Notes: generated by a model from the letters alone, not told the origin. Shown: positions 10,201 to 20,482, counted from the first letter of the stretch. The stretch: 64,000 bases of DNA from Wenzhouxiangellaceae bacterium (GCA_007695005.1 REEQ01000042.1:2146-66145), one strand, 5' to 3'. Program-made: numbers and translations.

Positions 10201-10474
10201 GGCGGCAGAGCTGCGTGTAGGCGGCCTGGGTCGGAGCCAGCATGACCAGGTGCGGGCCTTGTTCGATACGAATTTCGGTGCCGACAATCAGCTTCAGGCC
10301 CAACTCGCGAGCCGCCTCATGGGCGCGCACGATGCCTGCCATGGAGCACTCATCGGTCAGCGCCAGGGCACGATAGCCCAGGGCTGCGGCGCGCTTGACC
10401 AGCTCGGCCGGCATGGCCGCCGAGCGGCGAAAGCTGAAGGTGCTCAGGGCATGCAGTTCGGCATACTGGGGCAT
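7214..10474 (-). CDS. dnaE2: Error-prone DNA polymerase III alpha-like subunit DnaE2 (ImuC)
   Basis: 1086 aa. N-terminal PHP block YAELHALSTFSFRRSAAMPAELV. Conserved GVFQVESRAQM, RPGPIQGDMVHPY and FGFPESHAASFA blocks. Carries two low-complexity insert-like segments (see findings). Confidence 0.93.
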   Translation of the reverse strand: MPQYAELHALSTFSFRRSAAMPAELVKRAAALGYRALALTDECSMAGIVRAHEAARELGLKLIVGTEIRIEQGPHLVMLAPTQAAYTQLCRLITTARRRAGKGEYRVFWEDLETNSSDILAIWKAQMPDDSVVGDVAPTDGFDHRPKTTDIRAGQRLKRLFGDHLWLGATRLLAPGERAWFRELDVLGQTLNIPRLACGDVRMPHRSRRALLDVLTALHENRSLADCGLALAANGERHLRPLDSLARLYPLDWLEETVRLAERCDFSLDRLEYRYPRELAPAPLTPARHLRRLTLDGLRKRYGDTPPENVRAIVARELKLIEEMGVEAFFLTVHDVVRFARSRGILCQGRGSAANSAVCYCLGITEVDPARQQLLFERFLSKERNEPPDIDVDFEHERREEVLQYIYDKYGRDRAALAATVICYRPKSALKDVGRALGLEPERINRLTASLAWWDRPESWPERLAECGFDPQSPMTRQLMTLSSELVGFPRHLSQHVGGMVISDAPLHHLVPVENAAMADRTIIQWDKDDLETLGLLKVDCLALGMLTAIRKAVGYVNSGRRKMEDGRGAAATRPASSQAPSPLPSPLSPLPASDLSLATIPREDPETYNMLCHGDAIGVFQVESRAQMAMLPRLKPRCFYDLVVEVAIVRPGPIQGDMVHPYLERREHPEKVSYPSPALESVLKRTLGVPIFQEQVMQIAIAAAGFTPGEADQLRRAMAAWKRRGGLEPFRDKLIDGMLARGYTMEFAERIYSQIQGFGDYGFPESHAASFALLTYFSAWLKCHHPAEFACGLLNSQPMGFYAPAQIVNDVRRHGVRVLPVDVRFSEWDCLVEGARPKEQGARHTQGPNPCSLKIRLGLRMVKGLRMEAAERLVAAGQDQDFRDVQDLAERAGLDKGQVRALAEAGALKGLAGHRNRARWEAMAARAQKDLLAPAAIAEPRISIRPPSASDNLLDDYASLGLSLDQHPIKLLRRQLGPRLRRACDLSNITDGSRIEAAGLVTHRQRPGTASGVVFLSLEDETGIINVIVWPKLVERYRREVLSGQLLRISGKLQNAHGTQHLVALHIICEDQRLKRLRANSRDFC
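7932..7975. repeat. CCTTG / CCTTGCTCCTT direct repeats inside dnaE2
   Basis: A perfect 11-nt repeat CCTTGCTCCTT at 7950-7960 and 7965-7975, plus CCTTG at 7932 and 7944. The coding strand reads AAGGAGCAAGG and encodes EGARPKEQGARHTQG. Confidence 0.7.
8699..8798. repeat. Two-armed polypurine/polypyrimidine imperfect palindrome, in frame within dnaE2
   Basis: The plus strand at 8699-8736 is almost pure purine (GGGGAGAGGTGAGAGGGGAGAGGGAAGAGGAGAGGGGG). 8767-8798 is the pyrimidine counterpart (CTCCTCTTCCGTCTTCCATCTTCCTTCTTCCC). It shares sequence words with the intergenic boxes listed below. Confidence 0.7.
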
Positions 10475-10479
10475 GCATC

Positions 10480-10500
10480 ATTATATGTACAAAAATATAG
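10480..10500 (-). promoter_or_regulatory. AT-rich island upstream of dnaE2: -10-like TATAAT plus a degenerate SOS-box-like dyad
   Basis: Minus strand reads CTATATTTTTGTACATATAATGATGC-ATG. TATAAT (10485-10480) ends 5 nt before the start codon. CTAT-N8-ACAT (10500-10485) differs from the gamma LexA core CTGT-N8-ACAG at 2 positions. Confidence 0.25.
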
Positions 10501-10553
10501 TTATTGTCGTGAAGCCTCAAGGCCCCGGATTTGTTCGGTCTCATCGCCTTGCG

Positions 10554-10591
10554 CTCCCCCTCTCACTTTCCTGCCTTCTCACCTTCTATCC
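10554..10591. repeat. Polypyrimidine box (reverse complement GGATAGAAGGTGAGAAGGCAGGAAAGTGAGAGGGGGAG)
   Basis: Lies in the divergent dnaE2 / ECF-sigma intergenic region. Contains AGGTGAGA and AGTGAGAGG words shared with the other boxes. Confidence 0.6.
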
Positions 10592-10658
10592 GCAAACATC
10601 TGCCAGCCATGGAACAGCCTGCCGCCCTGTGGCAAACTAAGTCATTGACTTCCCCCAA

Positions 10659-11261
10659 ATGAGTCCCGTCTTGAGCCAGCCTGATTCGACCATTCAGGGT
10701 GACGTCACCCAGCTCTTGTCCGAGCTGAAGGACTCGCCGGATCTCATGGACCATATCTTGCCGCTGATCTATGACGATCTGCGCCAGGTGGCACGCTGCC
10801 AGCAGGCCCGGCTGGGTGCCAGTCCGACCCTGCAGACGACCGAACTGGTGCACGAAGCCTTTCTCAAGCTGCGCCAGGCCGCAGACCAGCCGATTCACAA
10901 TCGCCTGCATCTCAAACGGCTGTCTTATCTGGCGATTCGCCAGCTGATCGTCGATCATGCACGCAGCAAGATGGCGGTCAAGCGCGGTGCCGGCCAGGCG
11001 GTTGAAACGCTTGAGGACCATCTGGTCGCTGATCGTGACAGTCAGCCCGAGGAGTCGGTACTGATGGTCAACGATGCCCTGGAACGCCTCGAGCAAGCCT
11101 CGCCGGAGCTGGCCGAAGTCGTTATCGCGCGCTTTTTCGGTGGCTATACGGCTGAGGAAATCAGCGAAATGCAGGACATTTCCGTGCGCACCGTGCAGCG
11201 TTACTGGGAACGGGCGCGGGCCTGGCTGCTGATGGATATGCAGGAGCAGAATGGCGGCTGA
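10659..11261 (+). CDS. ECF-type RNA polymerase sigma factor (Sigma70_ECF / TIGR02999-like, the kinase-associated type)
   Basis: N-terminus GDVTQLLSELKDS...LPLIYDDLRQVARCQQARLGASPTLQTTELVHEAFLKL is characteristic of this family. C-terminal region-4 HTH (YTAEEISEMQDISVRTVQRYW). The 3' end overlaps the kinase gene by 11 nt. Confidence 0.88.
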   Translation: MSPVLSQPDSTIQGDVTQLLSELKDSPDLMDHILPLIYDDLRQVARCQQARLGASPTLQTTELVHEAFLKLRQAADQPIHNRLHLKRLSYLAIRQLIVDHARSKMAVKRGAGQAVETLEDHLVADRDSQPEESVLMVNDALERLEQASPELAEVVIARFFGGYTAEEISEMQDISVRTVQRYWERARAWLLMDMQEQNGG

Positions 11262-13920
11262 TGCCGGCAAGCGCAGGGTGCGCGGTGGACGTCTGACGCC
11301 GCAGCGGCGGCAAATGCTTGATCGCCTGCTTGACCAGGCACTCGAGCAGCCCATGGAGCAGCGTGCCGAGCTGGTCAGGCGCTGCGTGGCGCGCGCTCCC
11401 CGGCTGGGTTTCTGGTTGCAGCGTCTGGTCATGGCCAGCGCCGAACCAACCGGTTTCATCGATCAATCCGCCCGCCATATGGCTGCTGATGCACTGGCCG
11501 CGCGCACGGACCTGTTCCCGCGAACGCTGGTCCGTGGAACCCGCCTTGGGCCATGGCGCATCATTGCCAGGATTGGCACCGGCGGCATGGGGGAGGTCTA
11601 TCAGGCCGAGCGTGCCGACGGCACCTTCGAGATGACCGTGGCAATCAAGCTGATCCGGTCGCGAAAGGAAAATCTGGCCCGCTTGCTGGAAAGCGAGCGC
11701 CAGCTTCTGGCCCGCCTCAATCATGGCTCCATCGCCCGCCTGATCGATGGCGGGCTGGCCGAGGACGGTCGCCCCTACCTTGTCATGGAGTGGGTGGATG
11801 GTCGTACCCTGGGTGAGTGGGCCCAGGGCAATGACATCCCCGCCGAGCGCTTCCTGGACGTGTTCGGCGATGTCTGCGAGGCGTTGGCTTTTGCTCACCG
11901 CGCGCTGGTTGTGCACGGTGATATCAAGCCGGCGAATCTGGCCGTAACGCGGGATGGGCAGGTCAAACTACTGGACTTTGGTGTCGCCCAGCTGCTTGAT
12001 GTCGAGCAGGCAGAGCTGTCTCCCAGCGCCTTGACGCCGGGCTTTGCGGCCCCCGAGCAGATCGGGCAGGGGGAGGTTTCGACAGCCAGTGACATCTTCA
12101 GTCTGGGCGCGCTGCTTTACTGGATGCTGTACGGCAAGGCGCCGAATCGCGAGCAGCCGCGACCCGATTTGCGGGCCACCTGGCACGGCTATCGTCGCTT
12201 GCCGGACTTGCTGGCGATCGTGGACAAGGCAATGGCGCCGGATCCCGAGCAGCGCTATGCCACGGTCAACGCCTTGTTGCTGGAGCTCGGGCGCCTGCGC
12301 GAGGACAAGCCGATCAACGCGCGCAGCCTGTCGCTGATCGAGCGTGCAGGTTTGTGGGTGCGCCGGCGCCGGCTGGCCGCCGCGCTGGGCGGCCTGGCTG
12401 CCGTGGCCGTGGTTGGTGGCATGAGTACGGTGGTCTGGCAAGCCCGGATCGTTGCCCAGGAGCGTGATGTGGCCCGTCACGAGGCGGCCGTTTCCCTGGC
12501 AGTCAAGGATCACTTCATACTGTTGTTCCGGGAAGTGACCAGCCTGAACCCGAATGCCGACGAGCTGACCGCCAGGGATTTGCTGGATCAGACTGCCGAG
12601 GCGGCCCGTATCTGGCTCAAGGATGATCCGCAAAGCCAGCTCGAGATCCAGCTTGCCGTGGCCGAAATCCTGATGTCGCTGGATGACTATGCGCGCGCCG
12701 AACCGCTGCTGGAAACCATCCTGGAGGGTGTTGACCAGAGCCACTCGGCGCCGCTTCGAGCACGCCTGTATCGCAACATGGCGATGGTTCTGCATCGGCG
12801 CGGCGATGTTGCCCGAGGCTTGCTCATGGCCGATCAGTCAGTGCGCATGATCGAGCGTTTTTCCGGAGACCATCGAGAGCGTCTCTCCGATGCCCTGCAG
12901 ATGCGTGCCCGGCTGCGACGTGAGCATGGAGACTGGGAGGGCGCCGTGCAGGATCTGCGGCGTGCCCGGCTGCTGGCCCTGGCGACGGCCGAAGGCGCCC
13001 GCCCCGTCCAGGCCCGTGCCGAAGGCAACTTGGCGGCCACCTATCTGCTCAGTGGCAATTTCGTCCAGGCAATCGATCACATGTTGGCCGCCGATGCGCT
13101 CTGGTCTGAGCTGGAGCGATCCGAGTCGCCCGATGCGTTGACCAATCGACACAACCTGGCCGCGGTGCTGGATCGTTTGGGTCGCATCGAGGAGGCCGAG
13201 CAGCGTTTTCGGACCAATGTGAGCATTCGCTCCCAGCGCTTCGGACCATCGGGCTCGCTGGGTGCGGCCAAAGTTCAGCTGGGACGAATTCTGGCCGTGC
13301 GCGGTGAGTTCGAGGAGGCCCGTGAGCTGATCCAGCAGGCGCAGGAGATGATGCGCCTGTATGTTGGCGCGGCCACGCCAGACTATGCCAGCACCTATTT
13401 CGCACTGGGAGAACTGGCTCGGGCCCGGTCCGATTTTGACGCCGCGGCGAAGCATTTCGCCCGTGCCGAGGCCATTTTTGGTGACGCCCTGGGTGAGGGA
13501 CATCCCTTCACCCTGTTCGCCCGTGCCGAGCTTGCGGCAGCCATGGCTTACGCTCGCGATCAGGATCCGGAGTCGGATTTTGCCGGTATTGCCGAGGCCT
13601 TTCAGGCCATCGGGCCGGCGGCGAATTCCTACCTGGCCCAGCTTTACTGCGAGCGCTCGCGGTGGCGTTTGGCTCAGGGCTGGAACGAGCAGGCGCACCG
13701 GGATGCCGAACGCTGTGAGGACTTGCGCAAGGCCCTCTCCCAGGGCGGCTGGCGCCTGCTTGAGGCCGAGGCGCTGAGCCTGCTGGCTGCATCGCGCCTG
13801 GGAAACGGGGCTGAGCCACGTGTCAGGCTTCATCAGGTGCTGGATCGGCTCGCTGAACAGATGTCGCCCGAGCATCATCGCCTGCAATCTCTCCAGACTG
13901 CGGCTGGGAGCGGGGGCTGA
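11251..13920 (+). CDS. Ser/Thr protein kinase with one TM helix and a C-terminal TPR-rich domain
   Basis: Hanks kinase motifs GTGGMGEVY, VAIKLI, HGDIKPANL, DFGVA, APE. TM segment LAAALGGLAAVAVVGGMSTVVW. About 480 aa of TPR-like helical repeats. N-terminal ~100 aa helical segment typical of ECF-linked kinases. Confidence 0.9.
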   Translation: MAADAGKRRVRGGRLTPQRRQMLDRLLDQALEQPMEQRAELVRRCVARAPRLGFWLQRLVMASAEPTGFIDQSARHMAADALAARTDLFPRTLVRGTRLGPWRIIARIGTGGMGEVYQAERADGTFEMTVAIKLIRSRKENLARLLESERQLLARLNHGSIARLIDGGLAEDGRPYLVMEWVDGRTLGEWAQGNDIPAERFLDVFGDVCEALAFAHRALVVHGDIKPANLAVTRDGQVKLLDFGVAQLLDVEQAELSPSALTPGFAAPEQIGQGEVSTASDIFSLGALLYWMLYGKAPNREQPRPDLRATWHGYRRLPDLLAIVDKAMAPDPEQRYATVNALLLELGRLREDKPINARSLSLIERAGLWVRRRRLAAALGGLAAVAVVGGMSTVVWQARIVAQERDVARHEAAVSLAVKDHFILLFREVTSLNPNADELTARDLLDQTAEAARIWLKDDPQSQLEIQLAVAEILMSLDDYARAEPLLETILEGVDQSHSAPLRARLYRNMAMVLHRRGDVARGLLMADQSVRMIERFSGDHRERLSDALQMRARLRREHGDWEGAVQDLRRARLLALATAEGARPVQARAEGNLAATYLLSGNFVQAIDHMLAADALWSELERSESPDALTNRHNLAAVLDRLGRIEEAEQRFRTNVSIRSQRFGPSGSLGAAKVQLGRILAVRGEFEEARELIQQAQEMMRLYVGAATPDYASTYFALGELARARSDFDAAAKHFARAEAIFGDALGEGHPFTLFARAELAAAMAYARDQDPESDFAGIAEAFQAIGPAANSYLAQLYCERSRWRLAQGWNEQAHRDAERCEDLRKALSQGGWRLLEAEALSLLAASRLGNGAEPRVRLHQVLDRLAEQMSPEHHRLQSLQTAAGSGG

Positions 13921-13922
13921 TC

Positions 13923-14792
13923 ATGCAGGAGTGGTTTGCCGATAGCCCGATTTTGCTGCGATCTCTGACCGTGGTCGGGGTTGCCGTGCTGGCCCATGTC
14001 GGTGTTTACCTGATTCGCCTGGCCGGGGGGTATCTGACACGCAGCGAGGCAACGGCGTCGGTTCGCAAGCTTCGTACCGTTATCACCCTGGTGACCAGCG
14101 TATCTGTCTTCGCCGTTTACTTCGTTGTTGTCGGCTTCATTCTCAACGAGTTCGGGATTCCGATGACGGCCTTCCTCGCCAGTGCCTCGGTGATCGGGTT
14201 GGCGGTGGGTTTCGGTTCGCAGGGTGTGGTCCAGGACGTGGTCACCGGGGTGACCCTGATCTTTGCCGACTTGCTGGATGTTGGCGAAATGATCAACATT
14301 GGTGGCCAGATCGGCATCGTTCGCTCGATCGGAATGCGCTTCGTTACCCTGGAAAACTCAATGGGCGCGCGCGTCAGCGTTCCCAACCGTACCATCGGCA
14401 ACGTGATCAACTACCCGCGCGGCTACCTGCGCTGCCTGGTTGATGTGCGCCTGAGTCGCGATCAGGAACTGGCGGATCGCCAAGTGGCAGCGATCGAGCG
14501 TTTGATGCCAACCGTGCCGGAGCGATTTCCGGGCATCATGCGTCACCCGCCGTCGGTGGAGGGGCGGTTCACGACCAGTGGCGAGCGCGAGTATTTTCGG
14601 GTCAAGTTCCGGATCTGGCCGGATCGGGGCGAGCCGATCGAGCGCAGCTTCAGGCCCGAATTGCTCGCTGCCCTGAAAAAGATTGATCCGGAGTATCCCG
14701 ATTGGCAAGTGTCCGTGTACTTCGAGGTCGAACAGCGTCAGCCCTTGCCGCGACGTGGACTGATGCGTCGCAGGGACAAGGCCCGGGTTTGA
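13923..14792 (+). CDS. Mechanosensitive ion channel family protein (MscS-like)
   Basis: Three N-terminal TM helices, then the MscS core GFGSQGVVQDVVTGVTLIFADLLDVGEMINIGGQIGIVRSIGMRFVTLEN. The ATG lies 2 nt after the kinase stop. Confidence 0.88.
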   Translation: MQEWFADSPILLRSLTVVGVAVLAHVGVYLIRLAGGYLTRSEATASVRKLRTVITLVTSVSVFAVYFVVVGFILNEFGIPMTAFLASASVIGLAVGFGSQGVVQDVVTGVTLIFADLLDVGEMINIGGQIGIVRSIGMRFVTLENSMGARVSVPNRTIGNVINYPRGYLRCLVDVRLSRDQELADRQVAAIERLMPTVPERFPGIMRHPPSVEGRFTTSGEREYFRVKFRIWPDRGEPIERSFRPELLAALKKIDPEYPDWQVSVYFEVEQRQPLPRRGLMRRRDKARV

Positions 14793-14846
14793 ATGAAGGC
14801 TGGCCGGCCCATATTCTGATGCCTGACGAGGCGGAGCGATCAGCAG

Positions 14847-15788
14847 ATGGAGTTCAAGGACTACTACAAGATTCTGGGGGTCAAGCCGGAAGCTGACCAG
14901 GACGAGATCAAGCGCGCCTATCGCAAGCTGGCGCGCAAGTATCACCCGGATGTCAGCAAGGAGGCAGATGCCGAGACCCGCTTCAAAGAGGTTGGTGAGG
15001 CCTACGAGGCGCTGAAGGATCCGAACAAGCGCAAGGCTTATGACCAGGTGCGCAGCGGTGGCTGGCGCCCGGGGGAAGAGTTTCGGCCGCCGCCGAACTG
15101 GGGCCAGGGATTTGATCCCGGCGCTTTTGAAGGTGGCGAAGACTTTTCCGGCTTCAGCGATTTTTTCTCCAGCCTGTTCGGTAGCCGCGGTCCCCGTCGA
15201 CGGGGACCAATGCGCAGCGCCGGGCGCGACCAGCATGCCCGCATCGAGGTTGATCTGGAAACCGCTTTTGCCGGCGGCACCCGCCAGATCAGCGTGGCGC
15301 GCACGGTGGTCGGCCCGGACGGCGTTCCCCGCCGACAGCCCGATTCGATCAAGGTCCGCCTGCCGGCCGGTCTGACCGACGGCCGTCAGCTGCGCCTGCG
15401 GGGCAAGGGCGAGCCGGGCCTGAACGGCGGTCCGCCCGGCGATCTGTTCCTGGAAATCGCGGTGCAGCCGCATCCGCTGTTCGAGCTGCACGGGCGCGAT
15501 CTGCACTTGAGCCTGCCGATAGCGCCCTGGGAGGCGGCGCTGGGCGCGAAGGTGTCGGTGCCAACCCTGGCCGGCAAGGTCGAGATGAATATCCCGCCCG
15601 GGGTGAGCAGCGGCAAACGCCTGCGCCTCAAGGGGCGCGGCCTGCCGGGGCAGACGCCGGGGGATCAGTACGTGATCCTGAAGGTGCTTGTGCCGGCGGC
15701 TGTCAGCGAGCGCCAGCGCGAGCTGTACCAGGAATTGGCCAAGGAACAGGCTTTCGATCCCCGTGCCGACATGGAGGTCAGGTCATGA
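14847..15788 (+). CDS. cbpA: Curved DNA-binding protein CbpA (DnaJ-class co-chaperone)
   Basis: J domain DYYKILGV...YRKLARKYHPD. No zinc-finger region. C-terminal DnaJ_C repeats. Confidence 0.9.
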   Translation: MEFKDYYKILGVKPEADQDEIKRAYRKLARKYHPDVSKEADAETRFKEVGEAYEALKDPNKRKAYDQVRSGGWRPGEEFRPPPNWGQGFDPGAFEGGEDFSGFSDFFSSLFGSRGPRRRGPMRSAGRDQHARIEVDLETAFAGGTRQISVARTVVGPDGVPRRQPDSIKVRLPAGLTDGRQLRLRGKGEPGLNGGPPGDLFLEIAVQPHPLFELHGRDLHLSLPIAPWEAALGAKVSVPTLAGKVEMNIPPGVSSGKRLRLKGRGLPGQTPGDQYVILKVLVPAAVSERQRELYQELAKEQAFDPRADMEVRS

Positions 15789-16111
15789 ATCAGCGACATG
15801 AAGATGCCGTCGCCATCGTCGAGGAGCTGGCGGTCGGGCAGGCGCTGGATGTCAGCGAGCTGTGCCGGGTCTGCGAGCTGAGTCAGGAGTTGCTGATCGA
15901 GTGGGTCGCCGAAGGCGTCACCGAACCCCGCTCCAGCCGCAGCGGCGAATGGCGCTTTGGCCCGCGCCAGCTCAAGCGCGTACGCAAGGCCAGGCGTCTG
16001 CAGGCCGACCTGGGCCTGGAGACGACGGCCTTGCCCCTGGTCCTGGACTTGCTGGACGAGGTCGAACAACTGCGCCGCCGGGTGCGGCTGCTGGAAAGGC
16101 TGGTTGATTGA
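15785..16111 (+). CDS. cbpM: Chaperone-modulator protein CbpM (MerR-like)
   Basis: 108 aa. Overlaps the cbpA stop by 4 nt, the canonical cbpA-cbpM arrangement. MerR_2-like helical sequence. Confidence 0.8.
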   Translation: MNQRHEDAVAIVEELAVGQALDVSELCRVCELSQELLIEWVAEGVTEPRSSRSGEWRFGPRQLKRVRKARRLQADLGLETTALPLVLDLLDEVEQLRRRVRLLERLVD

Positions 16112-16174
16112 AAATACGCTTTTTCGATGTAAGCAGCGGCTAAACTAGCGGCTTCGTTCATTTCCTGCTAGTGA

Positions 16175-18226
<2,052 letters not shown>

Positions 18227-18265
18227 GACGGCCAGCGGGCGTAAAGTCGTACTTGATTAGCGTCG

Positions 18266-18424
18266 TGTCTCAGCGAACGAGCTTCGACCATTTTTTCGGC
18301 GCCGTCCTTGGGTGGTGAATTCCGCTCCTGTTCGACGCGTGGCGAGGCCTTCAGCGAAATCCCCCACCCGAGGACGGCTTGCCGCTTTGACTTTGCTCGA
18401 GGTTGAGAGCGCTTTCTGAGACAT
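18266..18424. repeat. Nested inverted repeat (~160 nt) between the convergent fadH and hflC genes
   Basis: Outer 8-bp arms TGTCTCAG (18266-18273) and CTGAGACA (18416-18423). Inner 15-bp arms GCCGTCCTTGGGTGG (18301-18315) and CCACCCGAGGACGGC (18364-18378), with one T:G position. T6 run at 18291-18296. Confidence 0.65.
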
Positions 18425-18442
18425 GACGCCAATCAGAAAATC

Positions 18443-19384
18443 CTAAGGCGCCCGGGCCCGTTCCAGGTAGCGGAAGAAGTCGGAGTCGGCGCGCAGCATC
18501 AGGGTGCTGTTCTCGCCCAGCGTCCGGTAGGTCTCCAGGGTCTGGAAGAAGGTGTAGAACTCCGGATCTTCTCCGAAAGCCTGGCCGTAGATGCGTGTCG
18601 CCTCGGCATCGGCTCGACCGCGGATTTCCTGGGCCTCGCGCTCCGCTTCCGAGCGAATGCTGCGCAGCTCGCGCTCCATTTCACCCAGAATCTGCTGGGC
18701 CTGGCCCTGGCCTTCGGCGCGGAAGCGCTCGGCGATGGACTGGCGTTCGGCTATCATCCGGCTTTCGACCTGGCGGCGGACCGAGTCGATGTAGTTGACT
18801 CGCTTGATCCGCACATCGTGCAGCTCGATCCCCAGTTCCGGCATCAGGCGCCGGGCGCGCTGCAGGATTTCCTGCTCCAGCAGCTCGCGCCCGAGCTTGG
18901 GCCGCTGCTGCAGGTCGACATCTTCGCGCTCGGCCAGCAGCGGGTCTTCCAGGTCATCCAGGTCCACGCTCCAGTCCTGCGAGCGGATGATTTCCTCCAG
19001 CTCCGTGGATGAGACCATGTCGCGCACGACCGAATCGATGATGTCATCCAGGCGGGTGCGGGCACCGCGCTCGTCGCGCACGCTGCGCAGGAACTGCAGC
19101 GGGTCGTCGATCCGCCAGCGTGCGGTGGTGTCGACCAGGATGAACTCGCGACCCAGGGTCGGAATCTGAGTGACGTCACCATCCCAGTTGAGCAGGCGCT
19201 TGTCGAAGAAGCGCACCTGCTGCCAGGGCAGCTTGGTCTTCAGGCCCGGCTCGGAAATGATGTCGCCGCGCGGCTCGCCGAACTGGACGATGATGGCCTG
19301 CTCGGCCTCGTCGAGCACGAACAGGCAGGTATTGCCAATGACAATGGCAACGATCAGCAGGATCAGAATACCGATGACTTTCAT
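18443..19384 (-). CDS. hflC: Protease modulator HflC
   Basis: SPFH/band-7 domain with an N-terminal TM helix. Overlaps the hflK stop by 4 nt. Confidence 0.9.
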   Translation of the reverse strand: MKVIGILILLIVAIVIGNTCLFVLDEAEQAIIVQFGEPRGDIISEPGLKTKLPWQQVRFFDKRLLNWDGDVTQIPTLGREFILVDTTARWRIDDPLQFLRSVRDERGARTRLDDIIDSVVRDMVSSTELEEIIRSQDWSVDLDDLEDPLLAEREDVDLQQRPKLGRELLEQEILQRARRLMPELGIELHDVRIKRVNYIDSVRRQVESRMIAERQSIAERFRAEGQGQAQQILGEMERELRSIRSEAEREAQEIRGRADAEATRIYGQAFGEDPEFYTFFQTLETYRTLGENSTLMLRADSDFFRYLERARAP

Positions 19385-20403
19385 GGCCGTGCCTCCTGGC
19401 TGCGTGAGCGTTGTTCAAGATTGAGCAGGGGGACCGGTGGTACCTGATCATCCTGCACGACCAGGATCTTGCCGATCTTTGGCAGTACTTCGTTCAGCGT
19501 TTCCAGGTACAGGCGTGATCGAGTGACTTCCGGCGCCTGTCGGTACTCGGTCAGCACCGCCGAGAAGCGCGAGCTTTCGCCCAGCGCCCGGTTGACCCGC
19601 TCGGTGGCGTAGCCTTCCGCTTCGGCGATCGTACGCATGGCCTGGCCCTGAGCCCGCGGGATCTCCTGGTTGACCCGCTTCTGGGCCTCATTGATCATCC
19701 GCTCGCGTTCCTGGCGGGCCTCGTTGACTTCGTTGAAGGCTGGCTGCACTGCCGGCGGCGGGACCACGTCCTGCAATTCCACGGTAATCACGTGAATGCC
19801 GGCATCGTAGCGGTCCATGATTTGTTGAATCTCGTCGCGACCGAGTTGCTGAATGTCGACGCGACCAACGGTAAGAACATCGGAGCCCAGGCGATTGCCT
19901 ACCACCCGCCGCATTACCGACTCGGATATGTCACGCAGGGTGCGGGTGGGTTCGCGCATGGAATACAGGAACTTGATCGGATCGCTGATCCGGTATTGCA
20001 CAACCCATTCCAGGTCGATGATGTTCAGATCGCCGGTCAGCATCAGCGATTCGTCTTCGAACTGCTTGCCGCTGTAGGCCGTGCGCCCGCCGCGCTCGCC
20101 TTCGGTACGAAAGCCGAACTCCTGCTTCAGTACACGCTCGGTCGCCACCAGCTGGACCTGGTCGATGCCGAAGGGCAGGCGGAAATGGAGACCCGGATCG
20201 GTGATGTCTATGACCGCGCCAAAACGCTTGACTACGGCCCGCTGCTCCGGCTGGACCGTGTAGAAACAGGAGGTGATCCCCCAGAGCAGGATCAGGAAAG
20301 CGATCGCTCCGAGCACCAGACTGGCGGATTTCTTTGGGGATTTGCCCAGCAGCTCCTGCAGGTTCGGCGAACCGCCTGCTGGCCGGGAACGGGATTGGCT
20401 CAT
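19381..20403 (-). CDS. hflK: Protease modulator HflK
   Basis: SPFH domain. Start placed at MSQSRSRPAGG (20403), preceded by GGAGGG. The ORF-track start at 20571 is an unlikely 56-aa extension. Confidence 0.9.
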   Translation of the reverse strand: MSQSRSRPAGGSPNLQELLGKSPKKSASLVLGAIAFLILLWGITSCFYTVQPEQRAVVKRFGAVIDITDPGLHFRLPFGIDQVQLVATERVLKQEFGFRTEGERGGRTAYSGKQFEDESLMLTGDLNIIDLEWVVQYRISDPIKFLYSMREPTRTLRDISESVMRRVVGNRLGSDVLTVGRVDIQQLGRDEIQQIMDRYDAGIHVITVELQDVVPPPAVQPAFNEVNEARQERERMINEAQKRVNQEIPRAQGQAMRTIAEAEGYATERVNRALGESSRFSAVLTEYRQAPEVTRSRLYLETLNEVLPKIGKILVVQDDQVPPVPLLNLEQRSRSQEARP

Positions 20404-20482
20404 GGTTTTCCCTCCAAGCTTGATGCCGATCGGCGGGCTGGTGGTGCCTGCCGGGTGATTTCCCTGCCTGGCGGAATTGTAC

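Noticed and set aside
18257-18424. 55-codon minus-strand ORF (MSQKALSTSSKVK...) inside the nested inverted repeat
   Set aside because: There is no convincing RBS and the sequence is basic and low-complexity. Its boundaries coincide with the palindrome arms, so the ORF is probably a by-product of the repeat.
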